A stretch of DNA of 63,067 nucleotides, counting the filler, from Octopus bimaculoides (taxonomy: Eukaryota): the NCBI RefSeq assembly GCF_001194135.2. It is 5 parts of 5 records of this genome, joined end to end, with 100 filler letters (N's around TTAATTAATTAA, not from the genome) between each part and the next. Parts side by side here need not be neighbours in the genome. Positions count along the whole stretch, not along the records: positions 46,279 to 63,067 come from NC_068989.1; 4 more parts are not named here. One strand, written 5' to 3'. Positions 49,210-63,067 of this stretch are shown here, piece after piece. How positions within the stretch are numbered: the first letter of the stretch is position 1; each line of letters opens with the position of its first letter. A program made the translations under genes and the position numbers. The notes beneath the pieces are model-generated. The model made no database searches. It was given only the letters and a program-made list of their open reading frames with translations, and was not told the DNA's origin.

Positions 49210-51185
49210 CGTTTTTCGCTACCCGCAAAAAAAGGTCTGAGTGCAAGTTTAGCAGCAAAGGAAATTTAAAATGCATTACCAGATCAAAACAATACCAAAT
49301 GAACCTGATGGACAGAGGACTATTAGGGAAAGGTTAGCACAATTCCATCTAAAAATCAGAGATCTAACTACTAAGACTTAGCGCCTCTACTAATGAAGAA
49401 CAATATAAGAACATCGACAAAGAGATGCACAGGGATATAAACAAACAAACCGAGGGACAACCCCTCGAAAACACCATAAATCGCTGGAAAGAATTCTGTG
49501 AACAGGAAGAAAGAAATTCTCTCCTACGCTGGGAAAAAAGCAATGATTTCTTCCAAAGATATGAATCAATTTTTTAAAACGAATTCAATGCAGATAATCC
49601 TTTTCTAAAGAAAAAGATTATAAATAACAAACAAAAACTGAAAAACGCACAAATCACCCCCAATTTCAACCACTTAATCAACGACAACATTCCTCATTAT
49701 CCTCCATACACCATAAATAGAAATCACTTACAACCACCATTTTTGAACCACCCAAAACTAAGCAGGGCACAAACTGACAGACAACGCATTTAAGAAATAG
49801 ATTACACCAAATCTAAAGATCACCCCTACACCAGGAACAGAACACACCAACATCCCAATACCAGGCATAACCAACCCATCACAACACAAAACAACACTAG
49901 GATAAGAAGCACACCACATACAAGTCACTACTACCCTATGACTCAAAATTACAGGTCCCCATCGAACACAAGAACAACACAAAATATCTCTAGGTCAAGA
50001 AACATCCCACATACTAGAAATTTGAAACAAAAATATATCACATACAGAAATGTTACACACATCACTAAACAAAACACCCATAGACACCAACACACACATA
50101 ACAATCTGAGGAATCTTTATCTACCTTAGGAAACCCCCTTTCCCGTACATAAAAGAAAATTGGAAACGATTTCTAGACGACTGTTTCATACTCTGCAATG
50201 AAAACACAGATAAACTCATGAAATTCAAAAGACTATTGAACAGCGTCAACCCAAATATACAGTTCACAATGGAGTACAACCAAAAGGAGCTACCATTCTT
50301 GGATATACTAATTAAAAAAATAAACCTAAAAATAGAAACGGACATATTTTACAAAACCACAGACGCCAAAAAATATCTACTATTTGATTCATGTCACCCA
50401 AGGCGCACCAAAACAAACATCCCTTTCAACCTTGCAAGAAGGATATGCACAATAGTGTCAGAGCAAAATACCAGAGACTGTAGACTACACGAACACAAAA
50501 ACACACTAATTGACAGACACTACTCAGTTCAACTCATAGAAGATGGTATCAGACGTGCAACACAAATCGACATAGAAAGCTTAAGAAAAGTTCAACACAG
50601 CAACACACCTTCCCCTAAAATACTGCCACATACAACCCCAGTAACAAAGAAGCCTTCACCAACATCACCCAAAATTTACCAATGCTACATAAGGACCCCA
50701 AATTAAAGGAAATTTTACGCACACATAAAATCATTAAAAGCTACAAACAACCGAAATCACTAAAAAGGATCCTCACAAAGGCAAAACTATTTTCGAAAAT
50801 AACAGATACAAAAGTGAAAAAATGTGGTTGACGAAATTGCGCAACATTTCCAAACCTTCTAGAAGAATCAGAATTCCTTTTCAAAGAGGGACACAAATTC
50901 AAAATCAAATCTGACTTTACTTGTGCTTTAGAAAACCTGATTTGTGTCATAAGATGCTCGTGCCGCCACCAAAACTACATAGGGTCCACAGGATTATCGA
51001 TCAGACGCTAATGCACTCCACATCGACAGCAGATTGCATTCCCAGCATACAGAATGATACCCTTTAGTGAACATATTGAGAAATGCGCAAAAGAAATGCT
51101 ACCACAATTTGTAAACTTTCCATTCTATCAACGTGCCATTGGAACACCAACACAAATTAGATTAAATAAGGAAACCTTCATCTAA
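49210..51185 (+). mobile_element. Penelope-like element, internally deleted (N-terminal region, RT C-terminus, GIY-YIG)
   Basis: WKRFLDDCFIL at 50161-50193; NPNIQFTME...LPFLDI...DIFYK...YLLFDSCHP...IPFNLARRICTIVS; then FTCALENLICVIRCSC..NYIGST (about 50917-50990). RT N-terminal motifs not seen; ends in (TA)n. 5' boundary approximate. Confidence 0.9.
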
Positions 51186-52579
51186 TATATATATATATAT
51201 ATATATACATATAATTTTAGCATGCCTTATTTTGTTTAAATTCCCACAAAACGGGTTGACTTTGAGATAGAAACTGGCTGTACTTCTAATGCTTGTAAGT
51301 ACAGAATATTAAACAGAACTCAATCATACAAAGTTAAATATAGAGATATCTAAATGCATAAGAATCAAATATACAAATATTGATTAACGGTATATAATAA
51401 ATATGGTTATTTGGCGTCCAAATTCTTTCAAGTTCAAATATTATTTTTATTGAAGAATACCAGGTGTCGATCCTATAGGAGTTTTCATATTAGGTTATCT
51501 TTTTATTTTCTGCCATGGTTAAAACAATTCATACACTCGGAGACGTCAGAAATGGTGAATATCATAGCAATTCGAATGAAAATCTTTGAGCGAAAATATT
51601 TACAGATATGACACAAAAATGTGTGTAGATACTGCTCCGTATTTCATTTACTGCGTAACTGTTTTGTGCTTAGGACGTAGAGATCGATAGATATCGATAT
51701 AGATAGGTAGAGGGAAGATAAAGATACATCATTCGTAAAGTGCATAAGCATATGCGAAATGCAGTGAGCATTATGAAGGTAACTATCTCAAAGGACTTCG
51801 CTTATAACTTTGCTGAGGTTCAGCATATGTCATAACATATAAACATCAGATAATAACGAAGAAAGAATTCACTGGAAATTTATTCCAAATCAATCCTAAT
51901 GGATTTGGCGTCTTAACGCTTGAAGGATTCGCAATTGTTCTTTTATATAAAGGCAGAGTTCCATTTAGGTTTCGTTTAATATTTGCTTCGGTAAACTGAA
52001 CGTAAATGATGAGGTGTCATTTGATGTGAATTTCTTTGGATATGTAAAATCATGTTCTCCCAAACACCCGTCCTTCAGTTCACGCACCCATCCAGCAAAT
52101 CCACCATTCGTTCATAGGTACATGCGCACATACATAAAATATGCATAGATTACATACATACATGCGTACGCACATACATATACACGTAAATGCATACATA
52201 AAGATGTACATGCGAACGTATGTATATATATATATATATATATNNNNNNNNNNNNNNNNNNNNNNNNNNNNNNNNNNNNNNNNNNNNNNNNNNNNNNNNN
52301 NNNNNNNNNNNNNNNNNNNNNNNNNNNNNNNNNNNNNNNNNNNNNNNNNNNNNNNNNNNNNNNNNNNNNNNNNNNNNNNNNNNNNNNNNNNNNNNNNNNN
52401 NNNNNNNNNNNNNNNNNNNNNNNNNNNNNNNNNNNNNNNNNNNNNNNNNNNNNNNNNNNNNNNNNNNNNNNNNNNNNNNNNNNNNNNNNNNNNNNNNNNN
52501 NNNNNNNNNNNNNNNNNNNNNNNNNNNNNNNNNNNNNNNNNNNNNNNNNNNNNNNNNNNNNNNNNNNNNNNNNNNNNNN

Positions 52580-52624
<45 letters not shown>

Positions 52625-53966
52625 TTCTGAGTTAACTGATAAGAAAAACCAGGGTGAAACAGGTTAGAATAAGGTAACTTAAAGATATCTTGTGTGATTA
52701 TACTTTCTTCCTATTTTTCTTCTTTTTTGTTTGAAGATGCAAGTCAAACGAAATGCACATATTTGGTTTGAAAACACGTCAGGGAATACAGGCCCATATC
52801 ATTGGGAGTAAATTATACCTATTTGCAGAGTAAAATGCAGCAAATTTAACCAATATGAATGGAGAAATAACATACAATGTTAGTGCTGCCTGTACTGTTT
52901 ACGTTAAAAATAATAACAATAATAAAATATACACTTGGAGAGATGATAATGGAAGTAAAATATAAATTATATAACTAAAAATGTGTGTAAGAATAATGAT
53001 AAGCATCAAAACAAAGTGAAAATTGAAAAGATAATACTAGAAACAGATCAGAAGGAAAAGAGGAAGAATGCAGTTAAATGAATTACAGATAAGTGGTTAG
53101 AGATGCAAAGGTTGATAAAAAGACAAACAAAAAACTATGATTATGGCGGTGTGGGTAATAAAAGTAGAAGAAATCTTAAAATAATCATATTGATGGTTGA
53201 GAGATTCTAAAGATGCAGGAGATTAGGGCATGGTTATAAAGGGTAGAGTTCTTGAGCCTACACTTAGAAACATGCATAAAGAAGCGCACATTAAGATATA
53301 GACGTATGCACACTGAATCTCCAATGGATGCACACACACAGACTCAGACACAAACACACACACACATACACGTATATATTCATATACATGTATGTGTAAA
53401 AATATACGAATTCATACACAATACGTTCTATATACATGCACATATACATGCACATGAATATATATATATATATATNNNNNNNNNNNNNNTGTGTGTGTAT
53501 ATATGTGTGTGTGTGTGTGTGTATAGATGCACGCATGTAAGTTATCTATATACACGCATGTTGGTATTAAAAGACGTAAAGACAAATATTTTAGAAACAT
53601 ACAGTTTCAAGTATATATACATAGGAAGAATCATACATAGATATGGAGAGAAGCATATACATGAACAAATGCGTGCATGCGTATGTGTGAGTCTGCATAA
53701 TACATACACACACGCAAATATACACATACATATATATATATGAATCTCTTAATACATCTTACGTACCACTGCGAAGAGACACGCATCCGTGTCACACATG
53801 CTACTTGTGGGCAACATCGCATATGCTATAAATATTAGATTAAGTAGACTATATACGCAATAAAACTGCATAATAATATATCAGAGATGCACGAGAAGGA
53901 AAATAAGTGTATAGATGAAGGAGATATATCAATGTCTGATTGAGAAACAATATGCATATTGAGTAA

Positions 53967-54011
<45 letters not shown>

Positions 54012-54884
54012 TGTATGTATGTATATATATGTACTTAATTGATAGATTTCACTCAATAAATGTATTACTAACCGATAAATGAATGAAGAGTATATCTATA
54101 TATGACGAAAATATTATTCGTGGAAAAAATGAAATGTTTATAAGCCCTATGTGCTTTGTATACGACATTTTTAGTATTGAGTGTCCAATATGTCGGCTAG
54201 AATGTGATTAAAACAATGAAAATATTTCCTGGGTTTTCAATCAGTGTCTACTGTAAGTTACTACTTTTGGCTATGTTTCGCACGTGCTCTCTCTGAGAAT
54301 TGATTGTTTCTGGATCATGTACGATTTGTGGACTCGTTTTTAACATTAGATTTACAAATGTAAGATCACTTCTCTGTACGCATTAGAAGAATTATTGGTA
54401 TTTGCTGTTGATTACTTATATGATATTAGTAGATGTGCAGTATACAACAACAGTGTGGTGAATGTTCCTGAGCATTTGTACCTTCGATGTGGTTCCTTTT
54501 CTGTTCAAAGTTACAAGAAGTGTACTATGAACAATCTGATATTATTACCTTGTGGAGAAAATATTTCTAAGACTGTAAGTCTAGGGGGATAGGCGTAAAA
54601 GGAAAAAATAATGTTTGGAGATGTGAANNNNNNNNNNNNNNNNNNNNNNNNNNNNNNNNNNNNNNNNNNNNNNNNNNNNNNNNNNNNNNNNNNNNNNNNN
54701 NNNNNNNNNNNNNNNNNNNNNNNNNNNNNNNNNNNNNNNNNNNNNNNNNNNNNNNNNNNNNNNNNNNNNNNNNNNNNNNNNNNNNNNNNNNNNNNNNNNN
54801 NNNNNNNNNNNNNNNNNNNNNNNNNNNNNNNNNNNNNNNNNNNNNNNNNNNNNNNNNNNNNNNNNNNNNNNNNNNNNNNNNNNN

Positions 54885-55450
54885 GTGAGGTCTTTTTCTA
54901 CTTTAATTTCTTCGGAGATAACATTGAAACGTGCAGGACCATTTGCAGTGACGAAATTGTGTCGACCTTTATAGGGGACGCATTGCAAGGGGGCCTAGAC
55001 TTCGGTGAACTGTAAACATAATACCAATATCATTTGGATAATAATGGTGGAATGTTTTCCACATGGTGCAAGTATTTTATAGCTCACTGCGGTGTTGCAG
55101 AGAATAGAGCTTCAGATATTTACGTCGAGCCCAATAATCAAGTCCCGTCATGTCGTTTATTTTTTTTTAGTGATTGATCTTTGTGGCGCTTCGATCCTCA
55201 TTATGTCTTGTAGGGGGACCACAATGAGCAGCAGTATTCGAGGTGGGGGCCTAGCGAATGCGGAGAAGAGAAGGATGATCCGTGTCTGATCCCTAGATTG
55301 GAAAGTTCTGAGGATGCATGAGCACATTATGCGAGCAACATCGACTCGTTTATTGATGTGCACAGTCTAACAAAGGTTGCTGTCGCCAGTTACACCTAAG
55401 CCTCTGATATTATCCGACAGCTCAAGTAGGTCTCCCGACGGTAGTGTATA
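54885..55450 (-). mobile_element. CR1/L2-group LINE RT C-terminal fragment, decayed
   Basis: GLGVTGDSNL..HINKRVDVAR..ILRTFQSRD..LFSAFARP / LEYCCSLWSP / RIEAPQRSITKK / GLDYWARRKYLKLYSLQHR, and NGPARFN; frameshifted. Confidence 0.85.
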
Positions 55451-57029
55451 TGGTTGTTTGAGTGTATCCTCTTTTCGAAAGTGGATGAGATCAAATTTTT
55501 ATTCGTTCGACTGCATATTGTTTTTTTTTTGTACTTACTGGGTTACTGCACATAGGTCCGATTGAAGCATTGTTTGATCATAAAGCTCCCTTAATAACTT
55601 TCTGTAGATTAGAGATATCTGTAAGTATTTTTATGGTGCTATGTACATATATATATTACTCCAACGTTAATGACGAGGGTACGTTCGGACTTGTAAACAA
55701 GCCATTCACCGTGTTTTGTCATCGAGAAAATTTCTTGCTGTAGGGAGAAGGTGTAAAACACACCCAAATCAGCTCGCAGCACCACCTGTTAAGGCTGTGA
55801 GATGCAATTATTTCGGACCAGTTATCTGTTCAGTCACAGAAACCAGACGGTGGTGCTCCAAGCTGATAAAAGAGACAAAGTCTTTTATGTTTTTCCAGTC
55901 AACATACAGTATGTCGGCTGGTAGCGCAAATCGACGGCTGATCGTAAGGAAATTACGATGTAAGTGCGCTCAGTAGAAAACAATGTTAGCAACAGTTCGA
56001 ATATGCTAAGAAGAGGTTTGGGCATGTGAACAAACTATTCACTGTGGAGGAAAATTTCCATTCACCATGGAGGAAATTCACCGTGGAGGAAAATTTCCTC
56101 CATTCACAATGCAGGAAATTTCTCTCTGTGGACATATAGTGTAAATATACCCAAATTAGCTCGCATCGTCACCTATCCAGATTGTGAGATGCAAGCATTT
56201 TGGAGTAATTAGTTTCTATCCCAAGGTTCTTGCATTTGCGAACAAGCTGGGGATTGTATGTTTGACATTTCTTTTAATTTTATCAACATGTTGACAGTTC
56301 ATTTGAAGAAAGTACTGCACCAGTGAACACGATTCAATTAGCAGAAGGAAATGATAGTCTATGTGTCTCGTGCACAGATGATAATTGCCCGGTGTAATCA
56401 CTGAGTGTCTATGAAATTAAGAAATCTATTCGCTTTGTGTGAAAGTGTGGAACATGGTTAGTTCTGTGCAGTGAATCAACTGAAACGTTAGCTCTAGTTA
56501 TTGCTAACTTCATACTGTTATTTAGAGAGATATTTTTGATATGTTATGGATGGAAGCTCTGGAAACATTAATTGGATTGTAGATAGTATTTGAGAAGAGT
56601 TACGAGATTCCAACACCGTTTAGGCCTCATCCAACCACGAAATGACCTTTTACTTTGTGTAGAAGGTCAACATTCAATGACATCATTACATTCAGCTGAA
56701 TCATTAGCCCCATACTGAAGTCAAGGTCAATTTCTTTTTTTTGACTATGGGTATCATAAACTCGCAGCATTTTACAGTTTTGATGAGAAGTTTCTTTACG
56801 TTAAAATAATAATTTCAATCTCGAAGCCATCATCTATTACCCTTTTATCTACATTATCTCTCGATTCATTTGCAGTTACGTACATTTTCGGCTATATTCC
56901 GTTTTTTTATTCTCGTTTTTATGGTAATGCATTTTATAGATATATCGCTATTTTTTTTATGTTTTTGTTGTCAAAACTTATACTATATTTATTACCTCAT
57001 TATCGCTACGCGCACAATTGCCATATCAT

Positions 57030-57055
57030 CATGATCATCACGATCATGATCATGG

Positions 57056-57116
<61 letters not shown>

Positions 57117-57123
57117 CACTATC
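57030..57123. repeat. (ATC)n microsatellite
   Basis: Direct inspection; explains the poly-His and poly-Ile ORFs. Confidence 0.97.
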
Positions 57124-58321
57124 AATGCCATTTATCGGAATTTAACAGGCATTTCTTAATATTTACAAATTTTAGCATTAAAAATGCATTCATTTCAAAT
57201 TCGATGTTTTATAATACACGGGCACATCTATTTACGCGTGTATATCAACGCACACATACAAGCAACTATGGATATATGTACATATATTTATGCTTGCATA
57301 CGCATACATATCAACGCACACATAGAAACATATATCTATATATGCACATATGCATAATTACGCTTGAATACACATCTATGTATATACACATATGTATACC
57401 TATCTATATACATGCATGAGTGTATGTATGCATGCATGTATGTATGTATGTATGCATGTATGTATGTATGAAACGTTTTCATAACGCATTGCAGTATTTA
57501 CAGATANNNNNNNNNNNNNNNNNNNNNNNNNNNNNNNNNNNNNNNNNNNNNNNNNNNNNNNNNNNNNNNNNNNNNNNNNNNNNNNNNNNNNNNNNNNNNN
57601 NNNNNNNNNNNNNNNNNNNNNNNNNNNNNNNNNNNNNNNNNNNNNNNNNNNNNNNNNNNNNNNNNNNNNNNNNNNNNNNNNNNNNNNNNNNNNNNNNNNN
57701 NNNNNNNNNNNNNNNNNNNNNNNNNNNNNNNNNNNNNNNNNNNNNNNNNNNNNNNNNNNNNNNNNNNNNNNNNNNNNNNNNNNNNNNNNNNNNNNNNNNN
57801 NNNNNNTATATATATATATATATATATATATATGAATGCGTGTATATCTGTAGTTGTGTTCCCCCACCATCGCTTGACAGCCGATGTTGGTGTGTTACGT
57901 CCCCGTAGCGGTTCGACACAAGAAACCGATAGAATAAGTACTAGGCTTACAAAGAATAAGTCCTAGGGCGATTTGTTCGACTAAAGGCACAGTGCTCCAG
58001 CATGGCCGCAGTTAAACGGCTGAAACAAGTAAAGAATAAAAGAATATAATGAACAATAAATTATAAAGGCACTGGGTATTGGTGGAATGTATGAAGTGTA
58101 CCAAAAATATATATATATCTTCTAAAATAAAAATAATAATTAGTCCTTGGGCAGGAAAACTGGTATTGGGAGATAATTGATGGAATTATTATGAATGAGG
58201 TCCAAATTTAATAAATGAGTAGACAAATATATGAAAACTATAGTACCTAATATTATGGTTAAAACTCTGGTACGTGACAGAAATATTTTAGCAAATAGAC
58301 ATAATTTGCGCAGACATATAT

Positions 58322-58826
58322 ATTCTTTTCTACTCTGGGCACAAGGTCCGAAATTTTGCGGGAGGGATCCAGTCGATAAGATCGACTACAGTACGCAACG
58401 GGTACTTAATTTATTGATCCCGTAAGGATGAAAGGAAAAGTCGACCTCGGCGGAATTTGAACTCAGAACTTAAAGCAGCCGGAACACCTCATGCTAACGT
58501 TTCTGCCATCTCGCCGCCTTGCGCAAACGTATATATTAAATAAATTCTTGTAAAATAGTTTGTTTTATTAAATGATTAAATTTCCTGCTTTAATTACGAT
58601 AAAATAAAATATTGGTTTCAAGTTCTGGGACAAGACCAGTAAGTTTGGGGAAGGAAATAAATCGATTATATCTACCCCAGTGTTCAACCAATACTTATTT
58701 TATCGATTTCAAACGGATAAAAGGCAAAGTCAAACTCAGCGGAATTTGAACTAGGACGTAAAGACGGACGAAATGTATTTCAGGATTTTACCCGACACGC
58801 TAACTTTTCTTCCAGCTCGCCGCTTT
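58322..58826 (-). mobile_element. Two SINE family B copies (58322-58520, 58611-58826); further copies at about 61445-61659 and 42010-42190
   Basis: Family B consensus on the minus strand. Confidence 0.85.
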
Positions 58827-59650
58827 ACGATAATATGCCAAACTAATGTATGGTTATGTAGAAACATCAGTAAATTTATTCCATTATAATGAATGTAAAA
58901 TTAAGATAGTACAAATCTAAACACGGATGCATCTTATATTTAAACAGAATAGATTTATAATCATACCTCTGTTTCCCGGTAATTTCAAAGCGTTGAAGAA
59001 GAAATATTGCAGAGTTAACGATGTCTGCTATACTAGCTTTGATCTATGAACCATTTAATTTACAAAGTAGTTAATACTAGTAAAAGCCATTAGTAAAAAT
59101 AAAGTAAACATATATTAATACTGTAAAAAGATAAACGCTAGGATAATAGCAATAAAACTGGGATATTGTTAGCTGAAAATATCGTTTACCGATGAAATAA
59201 CGACGGTTATTGGCAGTTCAGTCAGTACTAACAAATTACACGAGGAAACCATAGATTAGTAATTTGATATCAATAAATCTTGAAATATTGCTATTTTAAA
59301 AGTCTACATATTAAGATATATAAATAGTCAGAAGTAATTTAGAAGAAAGGAAAAACAATGTAGTAGTGCAATAAGGTTAAAGGAATTTAAAATAAAACTA
59401 AGAATTTTGAAATTCAATTCAAGCAGGTTAAATAGATTAAATAGAATACAGATAAAATAAAGTAATTTTAAAAATATAAATTAAAATATAATTACTTTCA
59501 ATTAAAAGTTGAATAAAAGAATATGATTAAATGTATGAAAAATAAAAGAGGAAATCGAAATATAATTAAATTGCTTAAATATTCTAGGAGCCCTATGTCT
59601 TCCTGAGAAAATAAAATAAATAAATAAATAATAAACAATAAATAAAGAAA

Positions 59651-59770
59651 GTTATGTCTTCCTGAGAGTGTATGTGATAAAACATTTGAGCGAATGGAGT
59701 AAAAACGAGGTAAGTTTCAAAGGTTTTTTGAGAGACAAGAAAGGATAGAAAAAGACACATAGACAAAGAG

Positions 59771-59823
<53 letters not shown>

Positions 59824-59945
59824 AGAGACACAGAAAGACGGAGAGAGTTCATAGACTGAGAACCCTGCAATGCTCTAAACAGAAAAGGATATATCACTTC
59901 ATGATTAAGCTCAAAGAAAAATATGTTACGTGATTTTAAGCATAT
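59651..59945 (-). mobile_element. Possible L2-like LINE 3' end with internal (GA)n
   Basis: Minus strand ctctcaaaaaacctttgaaacttacctcgttttt resembles the FKK.LKT.LF terminus of L2-group RTs; weak. Confidence 0.3.
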
Positions 59946-61112
59946 TCCCGTCCCTGATGAATTTCATATTCAAATGAATTTAAACATTGGATACCTCCTG
60001 AATTAATGTCTAAACTTATCTGCATAAATGTTACCTTATGCTCCACCATCTGTACTATATCCCCTATTCTTCATCATATCTTTGTAAAGTTCTCCGCAGC
60101 TAGCTGCAATCTACCTGTTGCATGTCTTTGTGTTTCTGTATTCTTTATTCTTTACACATCTCTTACTTTAATTTTGCATTTATTTCCTTCTTCTCATTTT
60201 AATCGTCTTCATCTTCTCGCCGCTCTACTCATCTCTGTATTACCTGGTCCGGTTCCCTTGTATCTGTTTAATACAGGACTGCTGTGATACGTTAAGACCT
60301 TCCCAGAATGATGTTGTTGAAGCTTGATTGTGTCGTATTGATTTTACTGAATTGAATTATATTAAGATTTTGCATTTTGACATGTCACAACGAGCCCGTG
60401 CATACTTATTCGAAGTCTAATTATGCACCTTGTATGCAATAAAGCTTCTTGAATGTTTCAAACAACATGCTTTTCACACTCTAGCTAGTTGATTAACTGG
60501 TAGCTACCATATGTTATCATAAATCATACTAGTAATTAAAGCCATTATGTTCTGAAGCTAATATTCTAAGTCGCTTTCAAAATGTTTACCGTTACCGCAC
60601 ACATATATTTACCTGAGAAGAATACTTTATGTCCAATAATATCAACAATATTACTTTTGCAAAGAGGTTGTGCGATGACAACGGAGAGATTTAGATTTAC
60701 AACGTTCATTTCTTTACATGCACATCTACCACCGAATTGCTACACCAGTCGCCAAAGCAGATGCATATTATCGTCTATTTGATTCAGAATGGAGCTTGAA
60801 ATCTATTGAGATTTTGTTGGGTGGGCGTATCATTTTGCTTATTATATTTTTGTGTGTTTGTCTTTGGTACCAGTGTCATTTACTCCAGCTTCCTCAACAT
60901 ATTATCTATAAACATGCATGAAAGCTTATATAGATAGAAATACGTCAAATTTCCGTGTCAAATTCCTCTTCACGTATTCAAGCATTTCACATTCATATAA
61001 TTTCCCTTCTAAACATATTCCTATGAATATACGTACATACATACATGCATACATACACACACACATATATATATCTATTCATACACACACACAAACACAC
61101 ACACACTTATAC

Positions 61113-61158
<46 letters not shown>

Positions 61159-63067
61159 TTATGCATGTTGTATGTGTTTCAAATATATACGAGTAATAGG
61201 GATTCGAAGAACCAAAGAGATCTCCCATTAAGTACTTCAACAATTGCGTGGTTAATAGAAATTACCGTGGTAGAGGTTAGGGTAAACTTGAGCGTCGTTT
61301 GCTAATTCCAGGAGTAACAGCGGTGGAGAGAATGTATATACATAGAACAGTTAAGGCAAGAAGTGTGAGAGTGTAGATGTGTGCATTCCATACGTTTTAC
61401 AGCTGTGTCATAATTTTGTTGGGTATATAATAATTGTTACAACAATATTGGTTTCAAATTTTAGTTCACGTCCAATGATTTCGGGAAAGATCCAAAGTCG
61501 GTTACGCTGAAGACAGTGCTCAACTGGTAATTTTATCGATTCCGAAAGATGAAAGGCGAAGTCGAGCTTCAGGGAAATTGAACGCAGAACGTAAGGGCAG
61601 AGGGAATGCCGTTAAGAATTCTTCCCGGCTTGCCAACAATTCTGTGGGCTCACCGCCTTAATGTTGTATAAGTATTAACACATATTCAGGTGATCATTTG
61701 GTAGCTTCGTCACCTCGCCGGTTAGAGTGGCACCTTGGGCAAGTGTATATATATGTATATGCCTCCATCCATCCATCCATATATATATATATATATATAT
61801 TAGTTACCTGGTATTAAATTGATATTAATTAAAATCCAATTTTTTTACCCCATTGTTTAATTTATATATATAGTAGGCTAGCCAAAATATTCGTTCAGTT
61901 ATTATCGACAACTAAATTTCAAGTACTCTAGTAAGGAGATATGCGTATCTATGTGTGGGTATAGTACACTCTTTAGCAAGGAAAATATGTCATCGGAAGA
62001 TTCCGGGTAATTTGCTTTGTTAGATTACCAGATTCCTAGTGTTAGATTCTACGTATATTCCTCGGCAGACCACGTAGCTCAATTATCACTAGTGTCCCTG
62101 ATCTCTGACTTTCTCCAATTTATCTCGACGCCGTGACTAAGCTAACCATGGGTGATGCCCTACTCTCCATCAAGAATCTTTAAAACTAAATTACATATGG
62201 GACATTTGAGTAGATGGAGACGAAGAAATAGTCCAAATCTGCAACCAGCGTGCCTGAATACATAAATATTAGAAAAAAACAAGATAGAAAAATGTTTGAA
62301 AGAGTAGAAATGAAGAAAAATGCGGTGATGACGATGACGTCGAAAACAAAACCGATGACGACGACGACGATGGTGGTGATGGGGATGATATGCCAGATGT
62401 ATTTGTTGTATATGACTGGGTATAAAAGGGTACATCATGCCGAAATATTTCAGAAGAAATTTACTGAAATGGTGAATGCAACGTCATTGAAATTTGAGCA
62501 AATTTGCGTTGACCAAAGCCATTCATGCGTGGAACACGTATACGAATTCAAGTGATTCACTTGAGCGTCAATTTTATGAAAATGTAGATTCGTATGGTTG
62601 CACACCACGGATTTCACTATAGGTAGCCAAAAGGCAACCAATTCAGACTTGTAATGTTCAAACATTTAATTGTGATAGTGAATCTCACACTGTTGAAGTA
62701 AATATATTGAATAACTTCTTACATTCTCCCTATGCCCTCCTCTCCCCTCCTCTCTCTCTCTTTCTCTCTCTCTTAATGTTTCGCTGTTTTTAAGCATGAT
62801 TTCTCATAACATGCACACTCTTAAATATAAAAACGACGACACGGACGCACCCGCACACACACACATATGCGCACATATGCGCGGACACGCACACTCACAC
62901 ACTCATAAACGCACGAGCCCACGCACGTATTAGTATAGATATATACATATATATATAAGAGGCTCCCTGTAATAACAGTGTAGCAACACGGCGGTGCATC
63001 AACATGGCCGCAGCTCTAAGCTGAAACTATAAAAAAATATATATATGCATAGAAATATATGTATATA

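Noticed and set aside
56036-56130. CRISPR-like array
   Set aside because: Units are degenerate and adjacent without unique spacers; eukaryotic context with no cas genes.
57018-57419. Poly-His ORF
   Set aside because: Translation of an (ATC)n microsatellite.
59954-60010. CTGATGA + stem II + stem III + GUC hammerhead-like fold
   Set aside because: Essential G12 is U and no stem I can form.

Overview
AT-rich, microsatellite-dense, gap-rich animal genomic DNA, most likely a coleoid cephalopod (Octopus-like). This is inferred from the protocadherin type, tRNA-derived SINE families and repeat density. Four identical 100-nt spacers (44 N + TTAATTAATTAA + 44 N) split the window into five joined pieces: 1-5684, 5785-28622, 28723-40679, 40780-46178 and 46279-63067. 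Adjacency across the spacers cannot be trusted. The only confidently recognisable host gene is the 5' end of a protocadherin (45771-46178, +; signal peptide plus first cadherin repeat, cut by a spacer), with candidate upstream exons on the same repeat-poor piece. Everything else recognisable is transposon-derived: three SINE families (about 30 copies or fragments), three Penelope-like fragments, a near-complete mariner pseudogene plus two mariner fragments, a TA-flanked MITE, RTE and CR1/L2-group LINE fragments, and several R4/Dong-like pieces in (TAA)n arrays. Most ORF-track entries are microsatellite or N-gap artefacts. Best leads: (TAA)n-embedded R4/Dong-like elements with a covarying 3'-UTR hairpin, the exon architecture upstream of the protocadherin, a candidate 12-nt microexon, and a mariner/Penelope inverted composite. 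No rRNA, true tRNA or CRISPR array was seen.
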